This document shows positions 42,584 through 53,150 of a stretch of 64,000 nt of DNA, one piece after another. Source of the DNA: an uncultured candidate division Zixibacteria bacterium (GTDB lineage: Bacteria; Zixibacteria; MSB-5A5; UBA10806); assembly GCA_963817915.1 (NCBI GenBank), contig CAWFQL010000011.1, positions 1 to 64,000 on the forward strand. The letters are read 5' to 3'. Positions within the stretch are counted from its first letter, which is position 1. Each line of letters starts with the position of its first letter. Under the pieces are notes generated by a model, which saw nothing but the letters and a program-made list of their open reading frames with translations, was not told the origin of the DNA and made no database searches. Made by a program: the position numbers and the translations under genes.

Positions 42584-43816
42584 ATGAAGAAGAAATGGTA
42601 TTTTATTATCGGTGGAATAATAATCCTGGCGATTTTCGTTGTTCTCGCGTTGAAAACCAGTAATAAGAAGAAAATTGATGTCACGGTCGAAAAAGCTCCG
42701 AAGGGCGACATAACTTCCATTGTGACAGCCACCGGCAAAGTAAAAGCCCAAGCCGATGTTCAAATCTCCGCCGATGTCATGGGCCGAATCATCGAGCTTC
42801 CTGTAAAAGAAGGGGATGAAGTCAAAGAAGGCCAGTTACTGCTTCAGATCGATTCCAAATCTCTCCAAATGGATGTTGCGCAGACCAAAGGGAGTCTTCT
42901 CTCCGCGCAGTCCGCATTCGAAAATTCCAAAGTAACTCTCGATAGAATCAAGGGGCTCTTCGCCAAAAAACTTTCATCACAGTCCGATCTCGATCAGGCA
43001 CAAAACGCTTTTGACCAGGCCAAGGCTCAGGTTCAAGTAGCCGAGGCTACATTAGATCGAGCGCAGGATCAGCTGGATAAAAGCACCATCCGATCCCCAA
43101 TGAATGGTGTCATAACTACTCTTAATTCAATTAAAGGTGAAAATGTCGTAATCGGCACCATGAATAATCCCGGCACGGTCATAATGATAATCTCCGATCT
43201 TTCGGCAATCGAAATTGAAGCTCAGGTCGATGAGACCGATATTGCCCAGGTTAAGGTGAGCCAGCCCGTAAAAATCACCCTCGATGCCTTTCCCGATACT
43301 ACTTTCCAGGGGAAAGTCGTTCAGGTTGGCAATTCCGCCATATCGTCAAGCGGCAGCCTCACGGCCGATCAAGTGACCAATTTCATGGTCAAAATTCTCA
43401 TTACCGATATTGTACCCAATATTAAACCTGGCATGACCGCGTCGGTGGATGTAACTGTCGCCAAACAAGAAAATGCTGTCAAAATTCCCTCGGGCGCTGT
43501 CGTGATGCGTACCGAAAGCGCTTTAAAGGAAGATTCCCTTACGGCGCTCGGGAAAATCAAAGATGCGTCGGCTATATCCGAAATCGCCAAAAAAGACGAA
43601 AAGGAAATTGAAGGTGTATTTATGGTCGTAGGCAGCAAGGCCCATTTCGTCACCGTAAAAACCGGCATCAGAGATCAGCAAAATGTCGAGATAACATCGG
43701 GCATTAATGAAGGAGATAGTGTCATTACGGGGCCATATCGTTTATTGAGAACTATCAAAAACCAGCAGGATATCAATCCTCAAAAGCCCAAAAAGGGTCT
43801 TGAGATAGAATCGTAG
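42584..43816 (+). CDS. MacA/YknX-type periplasmic adaptor
   Basis: ATGKVK, VKEGDEVKEGQLL, GTMNNPGT, VDETDI, KPGMTA. Confidence 0.92.
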   Translation: MKKKWYFIIGGIIILAIFVVLALKTSNKKKIDVTVEKAPKGDITSIVTATGKVKAQADVQISADVMGRIIELPVKEGDEVKEGQLLLQIDSKSLQMDVAQTKGSLLSAQSAFENSKVTLDRIKGLFAKKLSSQSDLDQAQNAFDQAKAQVQVAEATLDRAQDQLDKSTIRSPMNGVITTLNSIKGENVVIGTMNNPGTVIMIISDLSAIEIEAQVDETDIAQVKVSQPVKITLDAFPDTTFQGKVVQVGNSAISSSGSLTADQVTNFMVKILITDIVPNIKPGMTASVDVTVAKQENAVKIPSGAVVMRTESALKEDSLTALGKIKDASAISEIAKKDEKEIEGVFMVVGSKAHFVTVKTGIRDQQNVEITSGINEGDSVITGPYRLLRTIKNQQDINPQKPKKGLEIES

Positions 43817-43863
43817 CATGCGTGTGGTGGTGCAGGTGGGCGGATTTTTAAAAGGAGCAAAAT

Positions 43864-44550
43864 TTGTTAATTAAAACCTCGGATCTTTGGAAAATCTACC
43901 AGGTCGGGACTGAAGAAGTTCAGGCTCTTCGGGGTGTGACAATAAATATCGAGAAGGGCGAATATGTCGCCATCATGGGACCATCGGGCTCTGGCAAATC
44001 GACTCTTATGAATCTTATTGGATGTCTTGATACTCCGTCGCGTGGCACCTATGAACTCAACGGCCGCCTTGTTTCCAGTATGAATGACGACGAATTGGCG
44101 CATATCCGAAATAAAGAAATCGGCTTCGTATTCCAGACATTCAATCTACTTCCCCGGGCCTCGGCTTTGCATAATGTCGAATTGCCGCTCATTTATAATG
44201 GTACGACAGCCGTCGATCGTCTATCCAAGGCGAAGGATGCGCTTGCGTCTGTTGATCTTGCCGACCGTATCCATCACCGTCCCAATCAGCTTTCGGGAGG
44301 TCAAAGACAGCGCGTGGCAATCGCCAGGGCGCTGGTAAATAATCCCTCCCTGATTTTGGCCGATGAGCCGACTGGAAATCTCGATACCAACACCGGTATC
44401 GAAATTATGGCCCTGCTCTCCAGGCTTCATAAAGCGGGGAATACTATTATCATTGTCACTCACGAAAGAGATATCGCTACTTACGCCGAACGGATTATCT
44501 ATATCCGCGATGGTATAATCGCCAAAGAAGAAAGAATGTCCAAAGTATAA
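43864..44550 (+). CDS. MacB/YknY-type ABC ATP-binding protein
   Basis: [47 protein letters not shown]. Confidence 0.95.
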   Translation: MLIKTSDLWKIYQVGTEEVQALRGVTINIEKGEYVAIMGPSGSGKSTLMNLIGCLDTPSRGTYELNGRLVSSMNDDELAHIRNKEIGFVFQTFNLLPRASALHNVELPLIYNGTTAVDRLSKAKDALASVDLADRIHHRPNQLSGGQRQRVAIARALVNNPSLILADEPTGNLDTNTGIEIMALLSRLHKAGNTIIIVTHERDIATYAERIIYIRDGIIAKEERMSKV

Positions 44551-44561
44551 GGGCCAGTTTT

Positions 44562-45779
44562 ATGTGGTTTATTGAAGGCGTCCTTATGGCAATCCAGGCG
44601 ATCTGGGCCAATAAACTCAGGTCTGTTCTTACCCTTATTGGTATTATCATAGGTATTACAACTGTTATAGCCGTGGTTTCCATTATCAATGGCATGAATA
44701 ATTATGTTGGCGCGAAAATCAATTCCATGGGTTCTAATACTTTTATTATAGATAGAGAAGGTATTGTCACATCAGAAGAAGATTGGCTCAATGCCCAAAA
44801 GCGTAAGAAGATGACTATCGAAGACATGCGCGCCATTGAACGGTATTGCAATCTCTGCGTCACGGTCGGTGGCTCGGTAGAGACCACGCGAAGAATAAAA
44901 TACGGATCTGATTATCTCGAAGATGTTTCTATCTCAGGCTCGACATTCAATTTTTTCGATGTCACCGATGTCGAACTCGACTATGGACGAGCGCTTAATG
45001 AATCCGATGAAATTCATCACAGCTCAGTTTGTCTGATTGGCCCTGACGTCGTGACGAATCTTTTTAAACGCGGCCAGGCGTTAGGCAAGGACATAAAAAT
45101 AGGCGAATATTATTTCAGAATTGTCGGCGTCGGGAAGGCCAGAGGATCATTTTTGGGAAATAACCAGGATAATTGGGTGGTTGTGCCATTGACCGCTTAT
45201 GAAAAATGTTTCGGCAGACGAAGAAGCATTACTATCTACGCTAAAGCCGCCAGTGCGAGCATGCTTGAAGATGCTCAGGATCAGGCTCGGATGGTTATTC
45301 GAAGCCGTCACAAACTCAAATATGATCAAAAGGATGATTTCGGAATATTTAACGCCGCTTCTTTGATGCAGCTATATTCTAATTTTACCGGTGCTGCCTG
45401 GATTGTATTGACTTTGATTTCCTCGATCTCGTTAATCGTCGGCGGTATCGTTATCATGAATATCATGCTCGTTTCGGTCACTGAACGAACCCGCGAAATC
45501 GGCGTGCGAAAGGCTATCGGTGCCAAAAGGAGGGATATCCTCTGGCAATTCCTTGTTGAAGCTGTCACTTTATCCGCTATTGGCGGAGTAGTTGGAGTAT
45601 TATCCGGGATTTCATTAGCTCTTATAATAGGGAAATTTTCTCCACTGCCGGCCTCCATCGAACTGTGGGCTGTTCTGAGCGGTCTCGGTGTCGCATCCAG
45701 CGTTGGGATAATTTTTGGCATATTCCCAGCGCTTAAAGCCTCCCGCCTCGATCCTATCGAAGCCTTGAGGTACGAGTAA
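44562..45779 (+). CDS. MacB/YknZ-type ABC permease
   Basis: NKLRSVLT..GIIIG, IMNIMLVSVTERTREIG, DPIEALRYE. Confidence 0.93.
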   Translation: MWFIEGVLMAIQAIWANKLRSVLTLIGIIIGITTVIAVVSIINGMNNYVGAKINSMGSNTFIIDREGIVTSEEDWLNAQKRKKMTIEDMRAIERYCNLCVTVGGSVETTRRIKYGSDYLEDVSISGSTFNFFDVTDVELDYGRALNESDEIHHSSVCLIGPDVVTNLFKRGQALGKDIKIGEYYFRIVGVGKARGSFLGNNQDNWVVVPLTAYEKCFGRRRSITIYAKAASASMLEDAQDQARMVIRSRHKLKYDQKDDFGIFNAASLMQLYSNFTGAAWIVLTLISSISLIVGGIVIMNIMLVSVTERTREIGVRKAIGAKRRDILWQFLVEAVTLSAIGGVVGVLSGISLALIIGKFSPLPASIELWAVLSGLGVASSVGIIFGIFPALKASRLDPIEALRYE

Positions 45780-45852
45780 TGTCAAAACCATATATATCAT
45801 TCAATAATCATTGCATTTTAGGACTTGTTCTAAATGTCAGAAGGAAAAGCGC

Positions 45853-47097
45853 ATGAGTCTCCATGAACTCAAAGAAAGTATTCTTTTGGCGTTTGGCACT
45901 TTCCGTGTCCATAAAATGCGATCATTCCTTACAGTGCTTGGCGTTTTGATAGGAGTATTTTCGATAATTACCGTCGTATCGGTTATCACCGGTCTCAATA
46001 ATTCCATGGCGCGCCAGATCGAATCGCTCGGCTCCAATGTCATATATGTGGCAAAATATAAGCCCGGTATCGTCATGGGCCGTCGGCCGGCGTCCGAAAG
46101 AAATCGAAAAGGGATTACATTCGAAGATGCTCAGGCTATCAGAGAATCATGCCCGGCGATAATTGCCGTCGCCCCGCAAAATTTCTATTTTCAGCCCGGC
46201 GGCAATAAAGCCAAATACAAAAACAATGAAATCCTAAACCCAACATTTTTTGGCACTGTGTCTGATTATGAAATAGTAAATAATAGCAGTGTGTCCAGCG
46301 GTCGATTCATATCAGATGGAGACGACAAGTCCCGATCCATGGTCGCTATTATCGGCTCCGATGTTGCCGAAAAGCTATTTGAGGGCGAAGAAGCAATCGG
46401 CAAAACATTTTCGCTGTCAATAATGACAAATTCACCGTAATAGGCGTTGCGGAAAAAGCCGAATCCAGCCTTGGCAGCGATGAATAATCGATTTGTCGCC
46501 ATTCCCTATGGGACATTCCAGAAAATACATCCAGAGGAAAAAGAACTCTGGTTATCGCTAAAGGCTGCCTCCCCGGAGGTCATGAATGACGCTATCGATC
46601 AGGTGACCGAGCACATGAGGAGACGACATGGCCTGAAATATAATCAACCGGATGATTTCTCGGTTTTTACGCAAGAAAATTTGATGGAAATATATAAGCA
46701 GATTACTCAGGCAATCTGGTTGGTTATGATTGTTATTTCGTCGATTGGCCTTCTGGTCGGCGGTGTTGGTGTAATGAATATCATGCTCGTTTCTGTTACC
46801 GAACGGACCAAAGAAATCGGTATCCGCAAAGCTGTTGGCGCTAAACGGCGTAATATTCTATGGCAATTTTTGATTGAGGCAATGACTCTATCGGGGTTGG
46901 GGGGTATTTTGGGAATTATATTTGGTGTTGGTGCCGGTCAGATAATAGCCGCGGTTTCCCCCTTACCCGCGGCCGTTTCTATTGCCTGGATTCTTATAGG
47001 ATTTTCTTTTTCGGTCGGAGTTGCGCTGGTATTTGGGATTTATCCGGCCGCGCGGGCCTCGAAACTTGATCCTATCGAGTGTCTCAGGTATGAATAG
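45853..47097 (+). CDS. MacB/YknZ-type ABC permease (frameshifts ~46410 and ~46480)
   Basis: HKMRSFLT, VMNIMLVSVTERTKEIG, DPIECLRYE. Confidence 0.9.
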
Positions 47098-47100
47098 ACC

Positions 47101-47127
47101 TGAAACATTCCTGCAATCGGCAACGTT
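47101..47127 (+). promoter_or_regulatory. ECF (sigmaW-like) promoter
   Basis: TGAAAC-N17-CGTT, with the same flanks (TGAAACATT...CGTTAA) as 40435. Confidence 0.55.
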
Positions 47128-47199
47128 AACAAAATATATAGGGCATAGATTTTACTTGCAGAGCCATATTTGCGGATAGTAAAATCATTTGGAGGAAGA

Positions 47200-48495
47200 A
47201 TGAAAATAGTTCGAGCCACAATAATCCTTTTCGCTTTGTTGATTACTTCAGGTTTCGCTCAGGACAATGAAAGCCTCAGCGATGATCTTGTTCGCAGGCC
47301 ATTCTATGTTGATTATGCGGCCTTTTATGATACTGCCTCCAGTACCGTCAGGGTTGAAATCTATTATAAAATCTTTTCCTCAAGCCTTTCATATACAAAA
47401 TGGGATGATAAATATAAAGCTTCATATGGGGTTGATATTACCATCATGAAGAAAAATAAACAGGTCACCGGTTCTTCCAGCGATGGCAATCTCGTTGCCC
47501 AGAATTATAAAGATACGATGAATAGAGATGACTTTGTCATAAATACTATGACATTTACTCTTCAGCCGGATGATTATGTCTTGTCGGCCCGTTTGACCGA
47601 TGGTAATTCCGGCGATGTCCTCAAAGAGGAACAGCGGCTGGATCTTGAAAAATTTCATCAAAATTCTCCCTCATTATCGACAATAGAATTTGTCAGAGAG
47701 ACCGGGGAGGCAGTCGAAAAATCTCAATTCACCAAAGGGGCAATCAAGGTAATTCCATCGGTGTCAAGGTTCTTTGGTTATAGCGAGCCCGAAATGTATG
47801 TCTATTACGAAATTTACGATAGTCCGGGCTTTAAAGGCGAATATCTGGCCACTTATGAAATACGTGATGGCAACAAAGTAATTATGGCCGATACGACCCT
47901 TTTCCCATCTGGTGGCTCAATTACCCAGCGAACGGAAAAATTTGAATTGGATGAATTACTCCCTGGAAAATATGAGCTGGATGTGAAAATCAAATCGCCG
48001 GGAAATAAATTCGAACTGAAAAGTAGAGCCAACTTCGGTATAGAATGGTCAGTACTGGCAATAGTCAAAAATGATTACAAAACAGCCGTAGACCAGCTTA
48101 AATATATAGCGTCAAAAGCAGAAATAGATTCACTCTTGAAAGCGCCGCCGGACCAGAGAATAAAATACTGGAATGATTTCTGGAAATCCAAAGACCCGAC
48201 TCCCAGCACTAAAGAAAATGAATTAATGGATGAATATTATAAGAGAATCAGATATTCCGAATTGAATTATGGACGGTCAGGCAGGGATGGATGGAAGACA
48301 GATATGGGAATGATATATATCACCTACGGTCCGCCCGATGAAATCGAACGCCATCCGTTCGACCTGGATTCGAAACCGTATCAGATCTGGTACTACTACA
48401 CACAGAAAAAACGATTTATCTTCGTTGATCTGAATGGATACGGCGATTATGAATTGCAATACCCCTTTGATGGCGACTTGAGCAAGTTAAGGTGA
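47200..48495 (+). CDS. GWxTD domain-containing secreted protein
   Basis: Signal peptide; FWKSKDPTPSTKENE..EYYKR, GWKTDMGMIYITYGPPD. Confidence 0.92.
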   Translation: MKIVRATIILFALLITSGFAQDNESLSDDLVRRPFYVDYAAFYDTASSTVRVEIYYKIFSSSLSYTKWDDKYKASYGVDITIMKKNKQVTGSSSDGNLVAQNYKDTMNRDDFVINTMTFTLQPDDYVLSARLTDGNSGDVLKEEQRLDLEKFHQNSPSLSTIEFVRETGEAVEKSQFTKGAIKVIPSVSRFFGYSEPEMYVYYEIYDSPGFKGEYLATYEIRDGNKVIMADTTLFPSGGSITQRTEKFELDELLPGKYELDVKIKSPGNKFELKSRANFGIEWSVLAIVKNDYKTAVDQLKYIASKAEIDSLLKAPPDQRIKYWNDFWKSKDPTPSTKENELMDEYYKRIRYSELNYGRSGRDGWKTDMGMIYITYGPPDEIERHPFDLDSKPYQIWYYYTQKKRFIFVDLNGYGDYELQYPFDGDLSKLR

Positions 48496-48499
48496 TTAA

Positions 48500-49902
48500 A
48501 TGAAGACTGCGAAATTGTTTTCGATCGTTATAGGCCTGTTTTTTGTATTTGCTATCAATGTTTACGGCCAGATCAATTCCGGAGATTCTCTATATATTGT
48601 CGCCGATTATGCTGCCTTCAGGCTCGAGGGCGATTCGGCCAATTCTTATGTGGAAGTATTTTACAATCTCTTCCGAAGCAGCCTCAGGCATGAGCCCGCG
48701 ACATCCGGCTATGTCGCCATGATCGCCATGAAATTGTCATTAAGCGACACCAATGGCGTTCTGATTGACTCAACCAGCTGGACCGCTGCCAGCAAAATCG
48801 AATCCTTGTCATCGCTGCAGGATTCCACATATCTTATTTCAGATATAATTGGCGAAAAGCTGCCGGTCGGGAAATATATATTGGATATTTACGCTTCCAA
48901 TGGCGGTCGCAATGGCCATTGCGCAATTAAGATGGAAGTGCCATCCTATAAAGGGACCGAACTAACCCTTTCATCAATCGAATTAGCCTATGAAATAACT
49001 CCCGACAGTTCAGGTAAATTTCTTAAGGCGGGTTATCGAGTGATGCCAAATCCCTCGAGAACTTTTTACCTTGATAAGAAAGCCGTATACTCTATGCCGA
49101 GGCGTATAATCTCAGGCCGCCGTCCGGCAGTGATACGACATATACAATATCGCTCGCGATTTTCGGTTCCGATGGAGCATCGATCAAAACCATTCCGGCT
49201 GTCAGCTACAAAAAGCCGGGCGATTCTGCCGTGCTGATGACTGGATTCTCCATTGCCACATTGAAACCGGGACAATATGATTTGCGTCTGACTTTGTCCG
49301 ACGGTCAATCGATCTGTACAGGCAGTCGAGATTTCAAAATCCTCGCGACAAAAGAACAGTTGAAATATGCTCAAAAGAGCAATGTTTTCAAGGATTTCCC
49401 CGAGGCTAATGACATTCGCACCGACGTGGACGCCAAAAAATTCAGGGACGAAATCTTATATATTGCCAGCGGATCCGATTTAAAATTGTATGATTCCCTG
49501 AATCTCACCGGAAAAGCCAATTTTCAAAAGGAATTCTGGAATAAGAGAAATCCAAATCCGAATAACCCCGTAAATACATTCGAACTGGAGCATTATCGAC
49601 GGTTCCAATATGCTAACAACGTATACGGTAAATACGGCGGCACCTCTAATGGATGGAAAACCGATCGAGGTAGAGTATATATAATCTACGGCGAGCCGTC
49701 CAATGTCGAACGATATCCTTCATCGCTTGATTCGCGCGCCTGGGAAAGATGGTGGTATGATAGCCTCGAGGGTGGCGTCTATTTCATTTTTGTCGATTTT
49801 GAAATAGGCAGTGACTATGCGCTTGTTCATTCATCTAAACAAGGCGAAATAAGAGATCTCGAATGGGAAAACAAGATCAAAATGACTTTATATCAGAGAT
49901 AG
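48500..49902 (+). CDS. Second GWxTD domain-containing secreted protein (frameshift ~49090)
   Basis: Signal peptide; DYAAF paralogy with the upstream gene; FWNKRNP, GWKTDRGRVYIIYGEP. Confidence 0.9.
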
Positions 49903-50086
49903 AAATCTGATTTGATTAGAAATATAAAATCACAGTAACGCCATACTTCTCTATAATCAACGAAACTTAATATTGTCTGCGAAAGTTTATCTTCAGTTAT
50001 GTTCGTTTGTATTGACCTTCAAAGTCAAAAATAGGTATATTAATTCTATGACAATTTTTAATAGCGGCGTAAGATAGGACAACACA

Positions 50087-51847
50087 TTGGAAAATATAAT
50101 TAGCGAAATAAATTCCGGTAATATGGAAGAATTTCTTCTTGAATCGATTAGGAATATTAATTCCGATCCCAGATTGATGAATGTAATTCATAATGCACTC
50201 GGGGTGATTCGCAATCGATTCGATGTCGACATGGCAGGTGCGATTTTGCTCGATCTGCATGATTATTGCCCCATCCTTTACGCCTTGACCAAAAATGATC
50301 CTACCTGCACGAATTCATATCCAATCTGCAAGACAGACAGAGTGGCCGATTGGGGGATAGGCAGCCGGAAGCCCATTCTCAGCAACGCCGTTGATCCGGA
50401 AAGCGATTTTGCGAAAGCATTTAAAGGCTATACTAACACGGCTCCAACCAAGTTTATCGGAGTTCCCTTATCTGCAGGCGGAGAGTTTCTGGGAATCCTT
50501 GTAGCCGTTAATAAAACATCAGGCGAGAATTTCAAAGATGACGAATTAACATTATTGTCAATCCTTGGCGAGCAGATCGGCTTGACACTCCGCAATGCCT
50601 GGTATCTCGAAGAGGCTATCCGCGGTTCTAAGGAAGCCAAATCCCTGTATGAAGTCGGTATTGCCCTGTCATCTACCCTCGAACTTGATGAACTGCTTGA
50701 GAAAATTCTCGACAATATTCGCAGAGTCGTCCATTTTGATATTGCTGCCATCTCGCTGGTTAACCCTGCCGACGGCACAATCAATCAAATAGTTACGCGA
50801 GGCGTACAGGAAAACCTCCAAAACGATATCAATGTTAAAATCGGTCAGGGCATCACAGGCAAGGTCGCCCAGACCGGCAAAGGTTTGATTGTCTCCGATG
50901 TCAGTGCAGACCCTAATTACCTGGTATTCAGACCCGAGACAAAATCCGAGATGGCGGTGCCTATACTGGCCAACGATGCTGTAATAGGTGTTTTTAATCT
51001 CGAAAGCGATTTAATAGATGCTTACCATGACCATCACCTGGAGCTTATGAACGCTTTTGCCAGCCTTGCCGGCATATCCATAGAACGGGCTCGATTATTC
51101 AGAGACTCAATCGCCACTCGAAGACTCGAAAACGAGCTTAATATTGCCCGTCGAATTCAGATGACATTTCTACCCGCAAGCGATCCGGTAATAAATGGAT
51201 ATGATATCGCTGGAGTTAATATTCCCTCGACCGAAGTCGGCGGCGATTACTATGATTTTATTCCGATAGTGGATAACCAGCTTGGTGTCGCTATCGGCGA
51301 TGTTTCCGGCAAGGGCATTCCGGCATCGCTCATAATGGCGGCATTTCGAGCCTCCCTAAAAGCCGAAATCAGAAATAATTTCGCTATCAGGGCCATACTT
51401 TTCAAGGTCAATAATCTACTTTTCGAATCGATCGGCCGAGATAGCTATGTAACTGCCATCTATGGAGTGCTCGATACCAAAAATCATATATTCACATTCT
51501 CCAATGCCGGACATAATCCGCCGATTTTAAGGCGCGCCAACGGCCGAGTCGAATACCTTGAAGAAGGCGGGACTGTGCTCGGTTCATTCGCCAATTCCAA
51601 TTACGAAGAGCGCCCTGTCTCTATTTCTAAAGGCGATATTCTGCTTTTTTACACCGATGGCGTTTCCGAGATTATGAACGATCAAAACGAAGAGTTCTCT
51701 GTCGAGCGGATATTGGCGACGCTTGAAAGATCAAAAAGCCTTCCATCAAAAATTATTATCGAAAATATCATCAATGACTCAAAAAAGTTTGCTTCCGATC
51801 ACTCCGATCTCGACGACTTGACTCTAATAGTAATTAAATCGTTATAA
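50087..51847 (+). CDS. GAF-GAF-SpoIIE (PP2C/RsbU-like) phosphatase
   Basis: Two GAF domains; ARRIQ, EVGGDYYD, GDVSGKG, NAGH, YTDG, DDLT. Confidence 0.93.
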   Translation: MENIISEINSGNMEEFLLESIRNINSDPRLMNVIHNALGVIRNRFDVDMAGAILLDLHDYCPILYALTKNDPTCTNSYPICKTDRVADWGIGSRKPILSNAVDPESDFAKAFKGYTNTAPTKFIGVPLSAGGEFLGILVAVNKTSGENFKDDELTLLSILGEQIGLTLRNAWYLEEAIRGSKEAKSLYEVGIALSSTLELDELLEKILDNIRRVVHFDIAAISLVNPADGTINQIVTRGVQENLQNDINVKIGQGITGKVAQTGKGLIVSDVSADPNYLVFRPETKSEMAVPILANDAVIGVFNLESDLIDAYHDHHLELMNAFASLAGISIERARLFRDSIATRRLENELNIARRIQMTFLPASDPVINGYDIAGVNIPSTEVGGDYYDFIPIVDNQLGVAIGDVSGKGIPASLIMAAFRASLKAEIRNNFAIRAILFKVNNLLFESIGRDSYVTAIYGVLDTKNHIFTFSNAGHNPPILRRANGRVEYLEEGGTVLGSFANSNYEERPVSISKGDILLFYTDGVSEIMNDQNEEFSVERILATLERSKSLPSKIIIENIINDSKKFASDHSDLDDLTLIVIKSL

Positions 51848-52024
51848 TTATCCCCACCTGTGATTATTAGTAACAGGTCGACCTGTCTCATAATCACTTG
51901 AAATATAGTCGTTTACGATTTTGCTAAAAATAGTGTGACTAATTACAACACTTTCGGCTCTCGGGGGCCATTTGTCGGATCGATTAACCCCTTGACTGTC
52001 AACAAGATAGCCTTTGAGCAAATT

Positions 52025-52040
52025 CGGCACGAGTGTTGCT
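52025..52040 (+). promoter_or_regulatory. sigma54 (-24/-12) promoter
   Basis: CGGCACGAGTGTTGCT, near-consensus YGGCACG-N4-TTGCW. Confidence 0.7.
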
Positions 52041-52261
52041 TTACTGTGGGTGTAGTTTGCTTCTCTCCCCTCAGTAACTTTGGGTTGGGGCTCCGGCAAC
52101 AAGGCGGGGCCCCAGTAAAAAGGGAAAACAAGGAAATCAGAAAACGAAAATAGGCTGAAGAAAATGGCAAACCCCCGGCGATTTTCGTCGTAAACCGGCC
52201 TCCAACATAAAGGCCGGTTGAACTGAACTAAAGTAAGTTTCAAATATCAAAAGGCAGTAAA

Positions 52262-52819
52262 ATGGTTAAGTTTTCAAAAGACAGATTAAAGAGCGAATTC
52301 GAGCAGACAGCTGTAGTCCATCTTGAGTATTTGTATGGATTGGCTCGCGCGTTGACACGCGACACTGTTTACTCGGAAGACCTTGTGCAGGAGACTTATC
52401 TCAAGGCGTATCGCAATTTTGATCTATTCACCAAGGGAACCAATTGCCTGGCGTGGCTTGTCAGGATTATGACCAACACTTATATCAATTATTATCACAA
52501 AAACAAAAAGACGCCTGCTCATCAGGAATTAAATAACGAAATCTGCCCTGATGAAGTATCGCATGAGAATACATTTGTCGATGATTTCAGAGTAGTCGAT
52601 GATGAAGCGTTGCTTGAGAATTTTGTCAGCGACCATATCAAAAAAGCTATTAATTCCCTCCCCGGGGATTATCGCGTAATGATCATAATGTCAGACTTGC
52701 GCGGTTTGTCATACCAGGATATCGCCACGAGCGTCGGATGCCCATTAGGCACTGTCCGTTCGAGGCTCAACCGCGGACGAACCCTATTGAAAAGGAAGTT
52801 GTCGGCAATAAATAATTAG
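52262..52819 (+). CDS. ECF RNA polymerase sigma factor (SigH/SigR-like)
   Basis: EDLVQETYLKAY..F..F..GTN..AWL.RIMTNTYIN; LSYQDIA..GCPLGTVRSRLNRGR. Confidence 0.93.
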   Translation: MVKFSKDRLKSEFEQTAVVHLEYLYGLARALTRDTVYSEDLVQETYLKAYRNFDLFTKGTNCLAWLVRIMTNTYINYYHKNKKTPAHQELNNEICPDEVSHENTFVDDFRVVDDEALLENFVSDHIKKAINSLPGDYRVMIIMSDLRGLSYQDIATSVGCPLGTVRSRLNRGRTLLKRKLSAINN

Positions 52820-52843
52820 CAGTTTTCTGATTCCTCGATTTTC

Positions 52844-52876
52844 AAGACGCTCCGAGCCATTCGGGGCGTTTTTTTT
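52844..52876 (+). terminator. Rho-independent terminator
   Basis: AAGACGCTCCGA-gccat-TCGGGGCGTT followed by a T-run. Confidence 0.8.
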
Positions 52877-53150
52877 ATATGGATTAGCTAAGCTATTTGC
52901 GAATCATGGCTTGCCCCAAATGAACGGCGGATAAACCCTGACGGCTATACAATAAAGATGCGGTCATGGTAAACCATGACTCGCAGGAGAGTTAATTTTG
53001 GACTTGCTTTATTATAATATTGATATAAATTTATATCATTAAGTCATTTTTTTGTGGGCAAATGCTCTCTCTAATCGATGATTTTGCGCGGACTCTACTA
53101 TGCGGCACAACGAGAAATATGATAGTAGACAAAAATATCTGGGGAAAAAG

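Noticed and set aside
51848..52243. ORFs in the phosphatase-sigma intergenic region as an anti-sigma factor
   Set aside because: No HxxxCxxC motif, TM segment or convincing SD; the region is better explained as promoter plus structured leader.
52045..52260. 6S, SRP or known riboswitch
   Set aside because: I could not match the conserved motifs of any of these by eye; left as an unclassified structured leader.
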